Below are positions 25,426 to 35,520 of a stretch of 39,005 nt of DNA, piece by piece. The position numbers and the translations under genes were made by a program. This stretch comes from an uncultured Candidatus Saccharibacteria bacterium (GTDB taxonomy: Bacteria > Patescibacteriota > Minisyncoccia > Phycocordibacterales > UBA9973). Numbering within the stretch: position 1 is the first letter of the stretch; every line of letters starts with the position of its first letter. The notes under the pieces were generated by a model, which did no database searches, was not told where the DNA came from, and saw nothing but the letters and a program-made list of their open reading frames with translations. The stretch is from contig CAYHMN010000001.1 in the NCBI GenBank assembly GCA_964357795.1, positions 1 to 39,005 on the forward strand, in the 5' to 3' direction.

Positions 25426-25525
25426 TTCTGTATTGAGTGTCGTAAAGATATATTGTGCGACACTATTATATAATAAGGATAGACCTACAAAGGCCTCTCA
25501 ACACCACTTCCCTCTAGTATTTTGG

Positions 25526-26446
25526 CTATTCTTTTGTGTTCTTTGAAAGACAGGTATTAAATGCGCGGACACCTGCATTGTAATCGGAAATTTTTTGTTT
25601 TAAATCTAGAATCAATTTATTATATTTTTCTACTAGGGAATTGTACTCTGCTATCTGCTCATTGGTGGTCTTCCCTTCATACACTACCCCACTATCTATC
25701 CTTTCCCGACGAGTAGCTAAATCTGCCTCTTTGACTTTTATTTCTTTTTGAAGAAGCTCAATAACTCCATGAAGAACTTCATCGATGGTAGGACAAGCGC
25801 TACGTGGTAGACCAAAATGCTGAACAGCGAGCCATGTATCCTGCCCATTGAACTTACCGCGACCTACGGCGACACCTATCTCGGTATAACTACTATTTAA
25901 AATATTAGCGCGGTGGCCTGGGCTTGCCATCCATGCGTCTAGGAGTGCTTGGGCATCTTTGAAGTTGCCTAGAGCTAAGTTCTCGCCGATGATAATATAT
26001 TCATACCCTACTTTGGTGCCAAGATCAGATACACCGACACCACTCGGCGATACGTGTTCGAAATATTGTTTCGCAAACATATCATCTACTTTCTTTTGTG
26101 CGGATAAATTTAATTTGGAATTCTCTTTCAAATCTGGTATCTCACCATTTGAAGCTCTATTCCTATTCGTCCAGATTATGACATCAGCAACTGATAGCTT
26201 TACCTTGTTTGTATTAGAAGCTAGGCCTTCTGTGACTTTTAGAGCTCCTGGAGTGTTGGCTTCTTGTAAAAGCTCTGATACCTGCTCTGCTTTGAGAACA
26301 ATAGTATCCTTTACATTGCCTGAAAGGTTTATATTCTCCGATATATAAGACACTGCCCTATTGTATACAACCTCTACATCATCACGGACAATGTAGAGCG
26401 CAAGGCCAACGAATATTATAATTATTATTTGATGGAAAAATTTCAT
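25526..26446 (-). CDS. CAP/SCP/PR1-like domain protein with N-terminal anchor and C-terminal coiled coil
   Basis: 306 aa. TM anchor, CAP-domain block GENLALGNFKDAQALLDAWMASPGHRANILNSSYTEIGVAV, then a helical tail. Confidence 0.8.
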   Translation of the reverse strand: MKFFHQIIIIIFVGLALYIVRDDVEVVYNRAVSYISENINLSGNVKDTIVLKAEQVSELLQEANTPGALKVTEGLASNTNKVKLSVADVIIWTNRNRASNGEIPDLKENSKLNLSAQKKVDDMFAKQYFEHVSPSGVGVSDLGTKVGYEYIIIGENLALGNFKDAQALLDAWMASPGHRANILNSSYTEIGVAVGRGKFNGQDTWLAVQHFGLPRSACPTIDEVLHGVIELLQKEIKVKEADLATRRERIDSGVVYEGKTTNEQIAEYNSLVEKYNKLILDLKQKISDYNAGVRAFNTCLSKNTKE

Positions 26447-26449
26447 ATA

Positions 26450-26848
26450 TTATTTACAAGACGTCGCCCAAGTATACCCTAACTTTTCTGCATCATCTGC
26501 CGTATCAAACCAAACTTTATTCTCTTCCTTTATCCTGTTCGCACCTTTACACGACGCTGTGTAATATAGTTTACCATTTTTTGAAGCTACATACTTGCCT
26601 CCTCCTGTATTTGAACTTGAGACTTTAGTCTGTACTTTCTTAGTAGCTGTACTATTTGTAGAAGTTTGTATCCCCTCTCTTTTAGTAATACTAACACTTT
26701 CACTTTTTACTGTGCTTTCCTCTACTGATAAGCGACCCAAGAAAAATGAAGAAAACCCAACCCCTGCAATGATAAAAAGGTATATAGGCATGAAATTGTA
26801 GGCCCCGAATCCCCTCTTGATTTTATGTAGGGTTTCCTGTATACTCAT
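26450..26848 (-). CDS. Membrane-anchored protein with Ser/Thr linker and small C-terminal two-Cys domain
   Basis: 132 aa. TM helix, then S/T-rich linker, then KYVASKNGKLYYTASCKGANRIKEENKVWFDTADDAEKLGYTWATSCK. This pattern recalls small Ada-like metal-binding modules (low certainty). Confidence 0.55.
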   Translation of the reverse strand: MSIQETLHKIKRGFGAYNFMPIYLFIIAGVGFSSFFLGRLSVEESTVKSESVSITKREGIQTSTNSTATKKVQTKVSSSNTGGGKYVASKNGKLYYTASCKGANRIKEENKVWFDTADDAEKLGYTWATSCK

Positions 26849-26897
26849 ACCACCTAATTATAAATAATAAAAAGGCTAAAGACTAGCAAAATACTAT

Positions 26898-27170
26898 ATG
26901 GCACATAGGAAAGCCGGCGGTAGCGCCAAAAACTTAACAGATTCAAATCCAAAGTACCTCGGTACGAAGCTTTACGCTGGGCAGATAGCCAAAGCTGGCT
27001 CTATAATCATCCGCCAACGCGGTACAAAGATACTCCCAGGCAACAATGTAGGCCTTGGAAAAGACCATACCCTATTTGCTCTCAAAGAAGGAACAGTAAA
27101 ATTCGGCACTAAAAGAAAAGTAAACTTCAACCGCTCATCCTCAGTCAAAAAAATAGTTCACGTAATCTAA
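26898..27170 (+). CDS. rpmA: 50S ribosomal protein L27
   Basis: 90 aa. MAHRKAGGS...[27 protein letters not shown] is the canonical bL27 sequence. Confidence 0.95.
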   Translation: MAHRKAGGSAKNLTDSNPKYLGTKLYAGQIAKAGSIIIRQRGTKILPGNNVGLGKDHTLFALKEGTVKFGTKRKVNFNRSSSVKKIVHVI

Positions 27171-27171
27171 T

Positions 27172-27205
27172 AAAAATCCCCGATTTGAATCGGGGATTTT
27201 TATTT
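27172..27205. terminator. Bidirectional terminator between rpmA and the APH-like gene
   Basis: AAAAATCCCCGA/TCGGGGATTTTT 12-bp stem. The stop codon of the APH-like gene lies in the 3' arm. Confidence 0.85.
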
Positions 27206-28126
27206 TACTTCCTCAAAACATTGCTTAAGTACTGTTATAAGAGGCTCTATTTTACCCTTGATTTCTTCCCTTGTTCTAAAAAATATTTTTCTTACTACAA
27301 TAGTTAGCATATGTTTACAGACCATAGGGTCATTTGCCAAGTCTCCATATCCCCTTTTAATGCATTCTTGCCTTCTTGGATCCACAGCAAATACTAAAGC
27401 CATTGCAATGTCATATCTAGGATCACCAGCCATAATCGCTCCTAAATCGATAATACCTGTAATATGTGGTCCCTCAACAAATAAATGACCTTGATGAATA
27501 TCTCTGTGCAAAAATGATGCTCTGCCTAAATTAAGCGAATTCACTTCTTGATAAATTTCCTTAATTTTTGCAACTTCGATATCTGTTATAAAATTATTTT
27601 CATGAGCGTATATAAGTGATTTTGTATTATACTCACTATGAAATTCACAATGTTGTTTCCAACTTTGAAACTTACCTATCAGTTCATTATCTTTTACGAT
27701 TAACGAACCAAAACCATCCAGTTTTATCTCATGAATTTTCTTCAAAAGTCTTCCAATTTCTTCATATATAGCATCTATATCTTCTTCAGAAAGATTTGAT
27801 TCTTTAATAGTCTTCCCAACTGCCTTGCTCATAATTATCGTAGGATATCCTAGTGACGGAGGATTTTCTTGATATGTAATTATACGAGGAACAGGTATAC
27901 CTTTTTCCTCAAAAAGTTTATATGCGATTTCTTCTGCTTCAAAAATATTTTTATCTATATTGATTCTAATAAAGATAGTCTCTTCACCCAAATCTGCTTT
28001 ATACACCTGACTTGAATATCCCTTCTCTACCCGGGAAGAGTTTTTAATTTTAAGGCCGAAATCATCGAAAATCGCAGCTTCAAATGAGCTTGCATCCAAC
28101 TTAACTAAATTTTGATTTTCTCTCAT
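27200..28126 (-). CDS. Aminoglycoside/choline-kinase-type phosphotransferase (APH family)
   Basis: 308 aa. Catalytic loop FLHRDIHQGHLF and Mg-binding IIDLG motif. Confidence 0.8.
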   Translation of the reverse strand: MRENQNLVKLDASSFEAAIFDDFGLKIKNSSRVEKGYSSQVYKADLGEETIFIRINIDKNIFEAEEIAYKLFEEKGIPVPRIITYQENPPSLGYPTIIMSKAVGKTIKESNLSEEDIDAIYEEIGRLLKKIHEIKLDGFGSLIVKDNELIGKFQSWKQHCEFHSEYNTKSLIYAHENNFITDIEVAKIKEIYQEVNSLNLGRASFLHRDIHQGHLFVEGPHITGIIDLGAIMAGDPRYDIAMALVFAVDPRRQECIKRGYGDLANDPMVCKHMLTIVVRKIFFRTREEIKGKIEPLITVLKQCFEEVK

Positions 28127-28130
28127 GTGG

Positions 28131-28571
28131 TTATTGCACCTCTACTATTATTTCACACTCCCCTTTCTTATCCCCTTTTTTGATTGTGACTTTGTGAGAA
28201 CCGAGTTCTTTGATGTGGTCTATGACTACATGACTCTCTTCTATCTCTATTCCTATACTTTTTTTAATCGCATCTACAACCTCACGAGCACTGACGGCCT
28301 TGAATAAGTGTCCTTTCTCATTGGCTTTTGCCTGTAGTGTGATCTTTTTATTATCTATAGATGCTATAAGCTCAGCAAACAATGCATCTTCATCTGCTTT
28401 TCTCTTTTGAAGTTGAGCTTTCTTAGCTTCTAATTTAGCTAGAGCTTGTGGGGTTGCAAGTTCAGCGAGACCTTTAGAGAGTAGGACATTCTGGGCGTAA
28501 CCTTGGGCGAAATCTTTTACATCATATCTCTGTCCTACTTTCGGTATATCTGTGAGTAAAATAACTTTCAT
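28131..28571 (-). CDS. rplI: 50S ribosomal protein L9
   Basis: 146 aa. MKVILLTDIPKVGQRYDVKDFAQGYAQNVLL, a long connecting helix, and a C-terminal domain. Confidence 0.92.
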   Translation of the reverse strand: MKVILLTDIPKVGQRYDVKDFAQGYAQNVLLSKGLAELATPQALAKLEAKKAQLQKRKADEDALFAELIASIDNKKITLQAKANEKGHLFKAVSAREVVDAIKKSIGIEIEESHVVIDHIKELGSHKVTIKKGDKKGECEIIVEVQ

Positions 28572-28576
28572 ATAAA

Positions 28577-29797
28577 TTAGGGTCTCGCTTTTAATATTTC
28601 TACTGCTTTTTCTAGCTGAGGATCGCGATTTGCTTCTACATCTTTCTCTGTAAACTTAACTTCAACATCTGGAGCAAGACCTTGCTCGGAAATTGACAAG
28701 CCATTGGGTGTAAGCCACTTTGCAACTGTAACTTTTAGTGATGTGTCATCCGTGACGCTTACAAGCTCCTGGACTGAACCTTTGCCGAATGTTCTTGTAC
28801 CTACAAGCGTAGCAACTTTATGTTCCCGTAGAGCACCAGCAAGAATCTCAGATGCAGAGGCAGAACCACCGTCCATAAGCACGATAAGATTTAGTTTGTC
28901 ATTAAATAACTTTGGTCCACGACTACGATAAACTACAGGCTTGCGACTAGTTCCAAAATCCTCACTGACTATTGTCTTGCCTTCATCTATGAATAAAGAA
29001 CCTATACTAACAGCAGAGTCCAGATAACCTCCAGGGTTACCACGCAAATCTAGTATGAGTTTACTAGACCCTGAAGTTTGAAATTGCTGTATTGCTCCTC
29101 TAAATAAGTTCGCCGAATTCTCAGAGAAGCTATAGAACTTGATAACGAAAATACCATCAGCGCGTAACTCTGTGTCTATAGTAGGTATTTCTATATCTTC
29201 TCTGACAATTTTAAATTCACGAGTCGTACGCTCACCTGTGCGGAGGATAGTAAGAGTAACCGTACTTCCCTTCGGTCCTCGGATGAGGCTTATAGCTTTG
29301 TCAGTAGTCATATCTGTAGTTTCCGTTTTATCTATTTTCAGAATTTTATCTCCAGCCTTTAGGCCAGCTTTTGAGGAAGGTGTATCTTTCAGCGGTGAAA
29401 CTATAGTCAATGATTTATCTTTGATACCAATCTCTGCTCCAATACCAGAAAATGAACCGTGGATCTCATCATTAAATAATTTATTCTCTTCTGGTGAGAA
29501 AAACACGGTATAAGGGTCTCCGAGTGAAGATGCCATGCCTTGGATTGCTCCCCAGACACGCTCTTGGTCAGTAGCTTTCTTGGCATAGATAGACTTCTCA
29601 TTTAATAAGTTCCAAACTTTCCAAAAAGAATTAAAATCCGCCTGTGTTTCAACTGAAGGCTCTTTGTTGGTAACTGAGAAAATTTTCTCAATCTCTGGTC
29701 TTTGTGAATATCCTACATATGTCCCAAAACTAAAAACTCCACATAAAAGTATGAGTGAGAGAAATGCGTAAATCGCGGTCTTGCCATGTTTTTTCAT
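28577..29797 (-). CDS. ctpA: S41 family carboxyl-terminal processing peptidase with PDZ domain
   Basis: 406 aa. PDZ block SPAGLKAGDKILKID-like (SSKAGLKAGDKILKID), catalytic Ser region GGSASASEI and Lys region TFGKGSVQ. Confidence 0.9.
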   Translation of the reverse strand: MKKHGKTAIYAFLSLILLCGVFSFGTYVGYSQRPEIEKIFSVTNKEPSVETQADFNSFWKVWNLLNEKSIYAKKATDQERVWGAIQGMASSLGDPYTVFFSPEENKLFNDEIHGSFSGIGAEIGIKDKSLTIVSPLKDTPSSKAGLKAGDKILKIDKTETTDMTTDKAISLIRGPKGSTVTLTILRTGERTTREFKIVREDIEIPTIDTELRADGIFVIKFYSFSENSANLFRGAIQQFQTSGSSKLILDLRGNPGGYLDSAVSIGSLFIDEGKTIVSEDFGTSRKPVVYRSRGPKLFNDKLNLIVLMDGGSASASEILAGALREHKVATLVGTRTFGKGSVQELVSVTDDTSLKVTVAKWLTPNGLSISEQGLAPDVEVKFTEKDVEANRDPQLEKAVEILKARP

Positions 29798-29817
29798 TAG
29801 ACCTAATTATCGCAGAA

Positions 29818-31035
29818 TTACGATTGTATTTCAAGTAGAAGCGCAGAAGGCGTATATTTATTGCTTGGGTCCCAAAGCATCCATGAATCGAGTTTATTAT
29901 CATAGGTAGCTTTCATCTGAGCACGGACCATCTCTTTCGTATAAGTCGCGCCTAAGTCAAAGTCTTGAAGCCAAGGTCTAATTTTAGCGATACTTTGACC
30001 TTGTACTGCATTAGTCTTTTTCACTGCGCTTGCTAGAGCTTTTGAAACTATTTCATAAGGGTAAAGAGCTGGATTCTTGTATCCGCTTGAACCAGGGGGG
30101 TAGTGTGATGGGTAGACCATCGGTGATAGAAAATCAAAATGAGGAAGTGCTTTCTCCCAAACCTGGCCAATGCCCATATCATTATTCACCTCTGTAGTCA
30201 GACCAAAAAGATCAGCTGAGATTGGAATGTTTTCATCTTTTTTCATTTCTTCGGCTAGGTATATGAAAAACTTTTCTATATTGTCTGCTCGGGTCATACC
30301 AGTAGACAGGCGATAATTAATATTTTTCATATCTCCATCTGATGGATAGCGAATATAGTCAAAGTTAATTTCATCAAATCCTTGGTCGTATGCATCTTGT
30401 GCTATAGATACTATGTACTTCCAAACTTCTTTATTGCTTGGATCAAGAAATGATAAACCTTTCTTATCTTTCCAAACATTACCATCACTAATACGAGTTA
30501 TTGCCCACTCGGGTTTTAACTTGGTCATATATGGATCTTGAAACACAGATACTCGGCCAATAACGTAAATATTTTTCTGATGAAGTGTATTTGTAAGAGC
30601 TCTGATATTTGATATGCGATTCTCGGTAGAACCTGTGGCATTTATTTCTTTATTTCCAGTCTGGTAACTTATACGCCCAGTAGAATCTTTCACATCTATA
30701 ACTACGGCATTGAGCTCTGTCTCATCTATCATCTTTATCAGTGGATTGCGATATTTAGGATTACCGGCTACCCAAGCAGATAGGTATATAGCTTTCACAG
30801 CTTCTGGGGTCTTTATATGGGTCACAGGTACATCTATGTATGGGGTAGATGTATCTATGGTAGGAACTGCGTCTTTTGATTTATCATCTTGTGGAATTTC
30901 TGTATTTGTCGGTATTGTAGAGTAAGAGTATTCTACTTTGCTATAAAACATTGGCAAAGCAAAATAAACAGCCACTCCGAATAGTAAAATCGCAAGACTG
31001 ATAGATAAAAATTTTCTATTTTTCGTAGGTGGCAT
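29818..31035 (-). CDS. Putative glycoside-hydrolase-like (GHL10/COG1306-type) secreted protein
   Basis: 405 aa. N-terminal anchor and TIM-barrel-like blocks (NAVVIDVKD, GFDEINFDYIRYPSDG, FLSPMVYPSHY) that I associate with the DUF4015/GHL10 family. Confidence 0.6.
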   Translation of the reverse strand: MPPTKNRKFLSISLAILLFGVAVYFALPMFYSKVEYSYSTIPTNTEIPQDDKSKDAVPTIDTSTPYIDVPVTHIKTPEAVKAIYLSAWVAGNPKYRNPLIKMIDETELNAVVIDVKDSTGRISYQTGNKEINATGSTENRISNIRALTNTLHQKNIYVIGRVSVFQDPYMTKLKPEWAITRISDGNVWKDKKGLSFLDPSNKEVWKYIVSIAQDAYDQGFDEINFDYIRYPSDGDMKNINYRLSTGMTRADNIEKFFIYLAEEMKKDENIPISADLFGLTTEVNNDMGIGQVWEKALPHFDFLSPMVYPSHYPPGSSGYKNPALYPYEIVSKALASAVKKTNAVQGQSIAKIRPWLQDFDLGATYTKEMVRAQMKATYDNKLDSWMLWDPSNKYTPSALLLEIQS

Positions 31036-31043
31036 TTTAGTGA

Positions 31044-31259
31044 TTATTCTCCGCTACCTATATTATCAACAAAAGTTTTACTATGACTCTCATCACTTGG
31101 CATGTTTTTCTTGGCTTGCATATAGAAAAGGTATGCTATGTACATTACAGCTAAACCTGTAAGCACAAAAAAGAATTCTCTCCAAGATTCTGGAAATCCA
31201 GAAAAAGATAACAATGCAATCCATAAACCTAGTATAAATAATGTTCGTTCTTTTCTCAT
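31044..31259 (-). CDS. Hypothetical small membrane protein
   Basis: 71 aa with two TM helices. Tightly packed between rsmI and the GHL10-like gene. Confidence 0.5.
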   Translation of the reverse strand: MRKERTLFILGLWIALLSFSGFPESWREFFFVLTGLAVMYIAYLFYMQAKKNMPSDESHSKTFVDNIGSGE

Positions 31260-31279
31260 ATTCGTCTATTATAGCGTAT

Positions 31280-31969
31280 TTACTTTGGTGCGACAATGAC
31301 TACAAACTCCCCTCTTTGCTTGTCAGTATTTACAGTGAAATATTCTGCCACCTCTTTGGGTGTACCTCTTATAAATTCTTCAAACTTTTTGGTAATCTCT
31401 CGGGCGATAACTATTTGACGATCACCTATAGACTCCTCTAGTGAAGCAAGGGTCTTCATAATCCTATGGGTAGACTCGTAGAAGACTATCATCTCATCTT
31501 TCTCTCTCATCTCTTTGAATATGGTTGCTCTACCTTTCTTGTGTGGCAAAAAGCCAAGGAAAGTAAATGATGCAGAAGATTGACCACTAGCAGATAGGGC
31601 TGATATGAGGGCACTGGGGCCTGGTATAGGCACTACAGAAGCCTCTTTGCCTAGCTCTTTATAGACATTGGCTACAAGCAATACTCCTGGGTCAGATATA
31701 CAAGGCGTGCCCGCATCAGAAACGAGAGCAAGATTCTGACCATCTTTTAGCATTTTGATAATAGCGGATTCTTTGGCTCCCGTACTGTGTGCATGGTAGC
31801 TTATAGTCTTTGTACTGATGTCATACTTATTAAGCAGTACTTTTGTTGTGCGAGTATCCTCACACAAGATACAATCTACTTCTTTGAGTATGCGAAGGGC
31901 GCGAAGAGTAATATCTTCAAGATTACCGATAGGAGTAGCGACTATGTATAAAGTACCAAAACTCTCCAT
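31280..31969 (-). CDS. rsmI: 16S rRNA (cytidine1402-2'-O)-methyltransferase
   Basis: 229 aa. LYIVATPIGNLEDITLRALRILKEVDCILCEDTR and SDAGTPCISDPG blocks. Confidence 0.92.
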   Translation of the reverse strand: MESFGTLYIVATPIGNLEDITLRALRILKEVDCILCEDTRTTKVLLNKYDISTKTISYHAHSTGAKESAIIKMLKDGQNLALVSDAGTPCISDPGVLLVANVYKELGKEASVVPIPGPSALISALSASGQSSASFTFLGFLPHKKGRATIFKEMREKDEMIVFYESTHRIMKTLASLEESIGDRQIVIAREITKKFEEFIRGTPKEVAEYFTVNTDKQRGEFVVIVAPK

Positions 31970-31973
31970 GTAG

Positions 31974-32327
31974 TTAATACAGCATCATTAAAAGTGCACC
32001 GATAAGAGCAAGATTTTTTGTAAAGTTTATAGTCTCACTCATCTTGTGCATTGGATCACTAATCTTCCAGAATGCATGCATCATAAAAGTAGTAGGTATC
32101 ATAAATAGGAGGAGAATTACTGCTGACTCTTGTATATTCATCCCCAATACAAATCCAAGACCTCCAGCGATAAGCATCGCTCCCCCGAGAAGAACGGCAA
32201 CTCTTGGAGATGGTACACCTTTACTCTTGGCATAACCAGTCATAGCTTTCTCGTCTTTAAAATGATTTATACCATTATAAATAAAATATGCTCCAAATAT
32301 AATCCGCCCTAGTAAAAATATAGTCAT
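31974..32327 (-). CDS. DoxX family membrane protein
   Basis: 117 aa with 4 TM helices. GRIIFGAYFIYNGINHF...KNLALIGALLM pattern. Confidence 0.8.
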   Translation of the reverse strand: MTIFLLGRIIFGAYFIYNGINHFKDEKAMTGYAKSKGVPSPRVAVLLGGAMLIAGGLGFVLGMNIQESAVILLLFMIPTTFMMHAFWKISDPMHKMSETINFTKNLALIGALLMMLY

Positions 32328-32381
32328 AATATTATATAGATTATTGTAATACGCCTATTATAGCATACAAAGAGTATGTGC

Positions 32382-33392
32382 CTATATAGACTTATCTATC
32401 TTGAATTTTACTATTTCTTCTAAACTTTCATCGTTGAATAAGTTCGCGATAATACCGGCTGTCATCTCCACCGTAGATAAGACCACAAATTTGTCAGGGT
32501 ATTTTAAGATATCACTATTTGGGATTGAATCAGTGACGACAATCTTCTCAAAAACAGAATTCGCTAGCTTCTCTACTGCATCACCAGAAAAAACAGCATG
32601 AGTAGAGAGGAGTATTATCTTCAGAGCTCCGGCACTTTTAAGCTTTTGCGCTGCTAGAATTGCTGTGCCACCTGAATCAATTATGTCGTCATACATAGCG
32701 ACGTTCTTGCCTTTTACTTCTCCGATAACACTTAGACGATCCATATTCACATATGAACCCTTCCTACTTTTATGTATGAGAGCAAGTTCAAGAGACATAA
32801 TATTAGAAGCTGAATCGGTCTGCTTAGCTGAACCAATGTCAGGACCGGCCATGACTGTATTTTCATTTACCCACCCTTCTTTCTCTAGGTATTCTGCAAA
32901 TACTCTAAATGGAACAATATTCTCACAAGGAGAAGAATTGCTAAAAAATCCTGTTATCTGCGGAGCATGGACATGGAAAGCTACAACTCTATTGATACCT
33001 ACAGCTTGGTAAGTGTCCGCCATGACTTTCGCCGAGATGGGGCACCTCTTTTCTCTCTGGGTATCTTCATCTATCTCTCTCCTATCTTTACGTGCATATG
33101 GAAAACAAAGCTGGATAAGAGTGACCGAATGCACTCGTGCACGTATGAGAGCATCAGCAAGTAAAATTGTCTCTATAAAATTATCATTTACTTTGGAAGT
33201 CAGCGAAGTCTGAATAATAAAAACATCTTGGCCTGCGACAGTCTCAAGAATATTTACATCTATTTCACCATTTGGAAAAACTTTTATATCTCTTTTAATA
33301 AGTGGGCGACCTATGATATTCGCGACTTTTTCTGCATACACATGATGCGTAGTACCTGAGATTATGGCTGGTGTGGATTTTTTGCCATTCAT
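32382..33392 (-). CDS. prs: Ribose-phosphate pyrophosphokinase
   Basis: 336 aa from ATG 33392; the track ORF starts at an upstream TTG (33434). PRPP-binding loop DDIIDSGGT. FPNGE and ARKDR blocks. Confidence 0.9.
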   Translation of the reverse strand: MNGKKSTPAIISGTTHHVYAEKVANIIGRPLIKRDIKVFPNGEIDVNILETVAGQDVFIIQTSLTSKVNDNFIETILLADALIRARVHSVTLIQLCFPYARKDRREIDEDTQREKRCPISAKVMADTYQAVGINRVVAFHVHAPQITGFFSNSSPCENIVPFRVFAEYLEKEGWVNENTVMAGPDIGSAKQTDSASNIMSLELALIHKSRKGSYVNMDRLSVIGEVKGKNVAMYDDIIDSGGTAILAAQKLKSAGALKIILLSTHAVFSGDAVEKLANSVFEKIVVTDSIPNSDILKYPDKFVVLSTVEMTAGIIANLFNDESLEEIVKFKIDKSI

Positions 33393-33446
33393 AGTTATAT
33401 ATTTTAGATTACTCCCAAAAAAATTATTAGTCAAATAAATTAACTT

Positions 33447-34691
33447 CTAAGCATTTTTACCTGCTACGTAGCCAGTCGTCCAGCATAGCTGTAGAGAAAA
33501 TCCACCAGAGGGTCGGGTTATATGAAGTAGGTCCCCAACTATGTAAAGATTGCTATAGAGCTTTGAGCGCATGGTTTTTGTATCTATCTCTTCTAGTATC
33601 ACACCACCATCGGCTACTACTGCCCTATCGAAGCCCATAAGACTCTCTATATGTACTGGTAGAGCCTTTAGAGTTTGCACAATCTCTTTACGTTCTTCTT
33701 TTGTAATACTATGCACTTTCGTAGTAAAATCTATACCAGAAAATATTAACTCCAAGCCTTTGGCAGTTCCAGTGGGAGCAATCTCTCTGAATGCATTACG
33801 CAGTGTCCGATTCTTATTGGCATCAAAAACCTTGATAACCTTTTTCTCAAGTGAACCTAAGTCAGTATCCGGATAAGCGTCAATTTTGGCAGTTACTTCC
33901 CCTTCGTGTAGAAGGTCAGCAACTTTTTTTGCACAATTCAATATTAATGGGCCAGAGAGACCGAAGTGGGTGAATAATATTTTTCCCTTTTTGCTAAACT
34001 GCTTCTTACCTTCTAGATAAAATGTAATTTTCATAAATGATAAAGATACTCCCGCGAGTGTATGCACCCATTTATCAGAGAGCTTTAGTGGTACTATGCT
34101 TGGAGTCGGATCCTTCACGGTGTGACCCAAATCTCGAAGCCATCCGAAACCGTCACCAGTTGAGCCCGTCTCTGGATGCGATACTCCACCTGTAGCAAAT
34201 ATGAATGACTTGGCTTGGAAGACTCCATCCTTTGTCTCTACACTGATTATTTTATTATTTTCTTTTGATATTTTTTTTACTGCGTTATTTAGTCTGACTT
34301 GTACTTTTCCATTCTCAATATATTTCTTTAAAGTATTGAATACATCAAATGCTTTCTCTGTATGCGGAAAAGCGCGCTTGCGAGCTTGAACTACTAGAGG
34401 TAAACCTTTGTCTTCAAAGAATTTAAACGTCTCTTTATTGCCAAACTGTGAAAATGGTGAATATAGAAAATCCTCTCCTGTATCGTAGAATTTTAGAAAT
34501 TTCCTAATATCTTGCTCTTCATTGGTGATATTACATCTGCCTCCACCTGTAATTTTGAGCTTCTCGCCTAGAGATTTATTCTTCTCTAGAAGAAGTACCT
34601 TCTTGCCTTCCATAGCCGAAGTACCAGCAGCCATCATCCCAGCCGCTCCCCCACCTACTACTATACAATCATATATTTGTGAATCTTTCAT
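33447..34691 (-). CDS. HI0933/YhiN (BaiN-like) FAD-dependent oxidoreductase
   Basis: 414 aa. Dinucleotide fold YDCIVVGGGAAGMMAA followed by ITGGGRCNITN, and a C-terminal GGFSLQ.. block. Confidence 0.88.
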   Translation of the reverse strand: MKDSQIYDCIVVGGGAAGMMAAGTSAMEGKKVLLLEKNKSLGEKLKITGGGRCNITNEEQDIRKFLKFYDTGEDFLYSPFSQFGNKETFKFFEDKGLPLVVQARKRAFPHTEKAFDVFNTLKKYIENGKVQVRLNNAVKKISKENNKIISVETKDGVFQAKSFIFATGGVSHPETGSTGDGFGWLRDLGHTVKDPTPSIVPLKLSDKWVHTLAGVSLSFMKITFYLEGKKQFSKKGKILFTHFGLSGPLILNCAKKVADLLHEGEVTAKIDAYPDTDLGSLEKKVIKVFDANKNRTLRNAFREIAPTGTAKGLELIFSGIDFTTKVHSITKEERKEIVQTLKALPVHIESLMGFDRAVVADGGVILEEIDTKTMRSKLYSNLYIVGDLLHITRPSGGFSLQLCWTTGYVAGKNA

Positions 34692-34797
34692 TTTTGTTCG
34701 CTAATTATATAGAAATACAAGGATTAAATCCAATATTGACGAGTTGGACTGATAGATATAATATGTAGAAAAACTCTAACCTTTTAAATTTATCTAT

Positions 34798-35376
34798 ATG
34801 GAAAACTACTTTAATGATTTTTATGACCCTGATTTGAACTTTAAATACTTATCTGACTTTATATTATGGGATCAAATTTTCAAAAAACCTTTTCCTGTAG
34901 ATTTAAAAAATTTAAGTAAAGGTTCAGTTACACTTAGTAATTATTTCGAAGTGGAAACTTTCTTTATAAAATTACCTAATGAGAAATACGAGAGACCCAC
35001 ATCTCAGATATTACCAAAGGAAGAATTTCACCAGGTTGAAGACAAAAAGCGTGATGTTGCTTTTTTAACTCTTTGTGAATTTTTGGTTCGTTTTGGTAGA
35101 CCTTATATAGCTTGCTATATAAATATGCCCCGTAATGAAAATGTTGAAATAAATCAAGAATATCATCCTGCCAGTATTTTTCACCAGACACCAAGATACC
35201 CTATTATAAAAAACGGAATGTTATGCATTCGTTTCCTTGAAGAAAACAGGGTATCATACGAAGAGTTTTGTTATTATATGTTCGGTGAAGCAAAGAATGA
35301 CGCTCGGTATAATTGTGAATGTTTAAATATCGGTTATGGGTCAAGATTTTTCTGTGGATTTCTATTGCATTATTGA
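34798..35376 (+). CDS. Hypothetical protein (accessory island)
   Basis: 192-aa ORF with an upstream TATAAT and a strong terminator at 35391-35422. No recognisable motif. Confidence 0.55.
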   Translation: MENYFNDFYDPDLNFKYLSDFILWDQIFKKPFPVDLKNLSKGSVTLSNYFEVETFFIKLPNEKYERPTSQILPKEEFHQVEDKKRDVAFLTLCEFLVRFGRPYIACYINMPRNENVEINQEYHPASIFHQTPRYPIIKNGMLCIRFLEENRVSYEEFCYYMFGEAKNDARYNCECLNIGYGSRFFCGFLLHY

Positions 35377-35390
35377 ATTTTATCTCATAT

Positions 35391-35422
35391 AAAAGTCGCT
35401 TAAAAATAAAAGCGACTTTTTC
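35391..35422 (+). terminator. Intrinsic terminator
   Basis: AAAAGTCGCTT/AAGCGACTTTT 11-bp stem followed by TTTTTC. Confidence 0.8.
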
Positions 35423-35427
35423 ATTCT

Positions 35428-35461
35428 CAAACGGCTCAATTCGTGGTAATTGAGCCGTTTG
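35428..35461. repeat. Orphan 14-bp perfect palindrome between two terminators
   Basis: CAAACGGCTCAATT (35428-35441), loop CGTGGT, AATTGAGCCGTTTG (35448-35461). No T-run on the side expected for either transcription direction. Confidence 0.7.
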
Positions 35462-35463
35462 GG

Positions 35464-35493
35464 TAAAAAAACAGGCACCTGTGAGGCGCCTGT
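35464..35493 (-). terminator. Intrinsic terminator of 35521-35901
   Basis: Minus strand reads ACAGGCGCC/GGTGCCTGT stem (one mismatch or wobble) followed by TTTTTTT. Confidence 0.8.
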
Positions 35494-35520
35494 GTATAAT
35501 TTACGTGTTTTAATTAAGAG

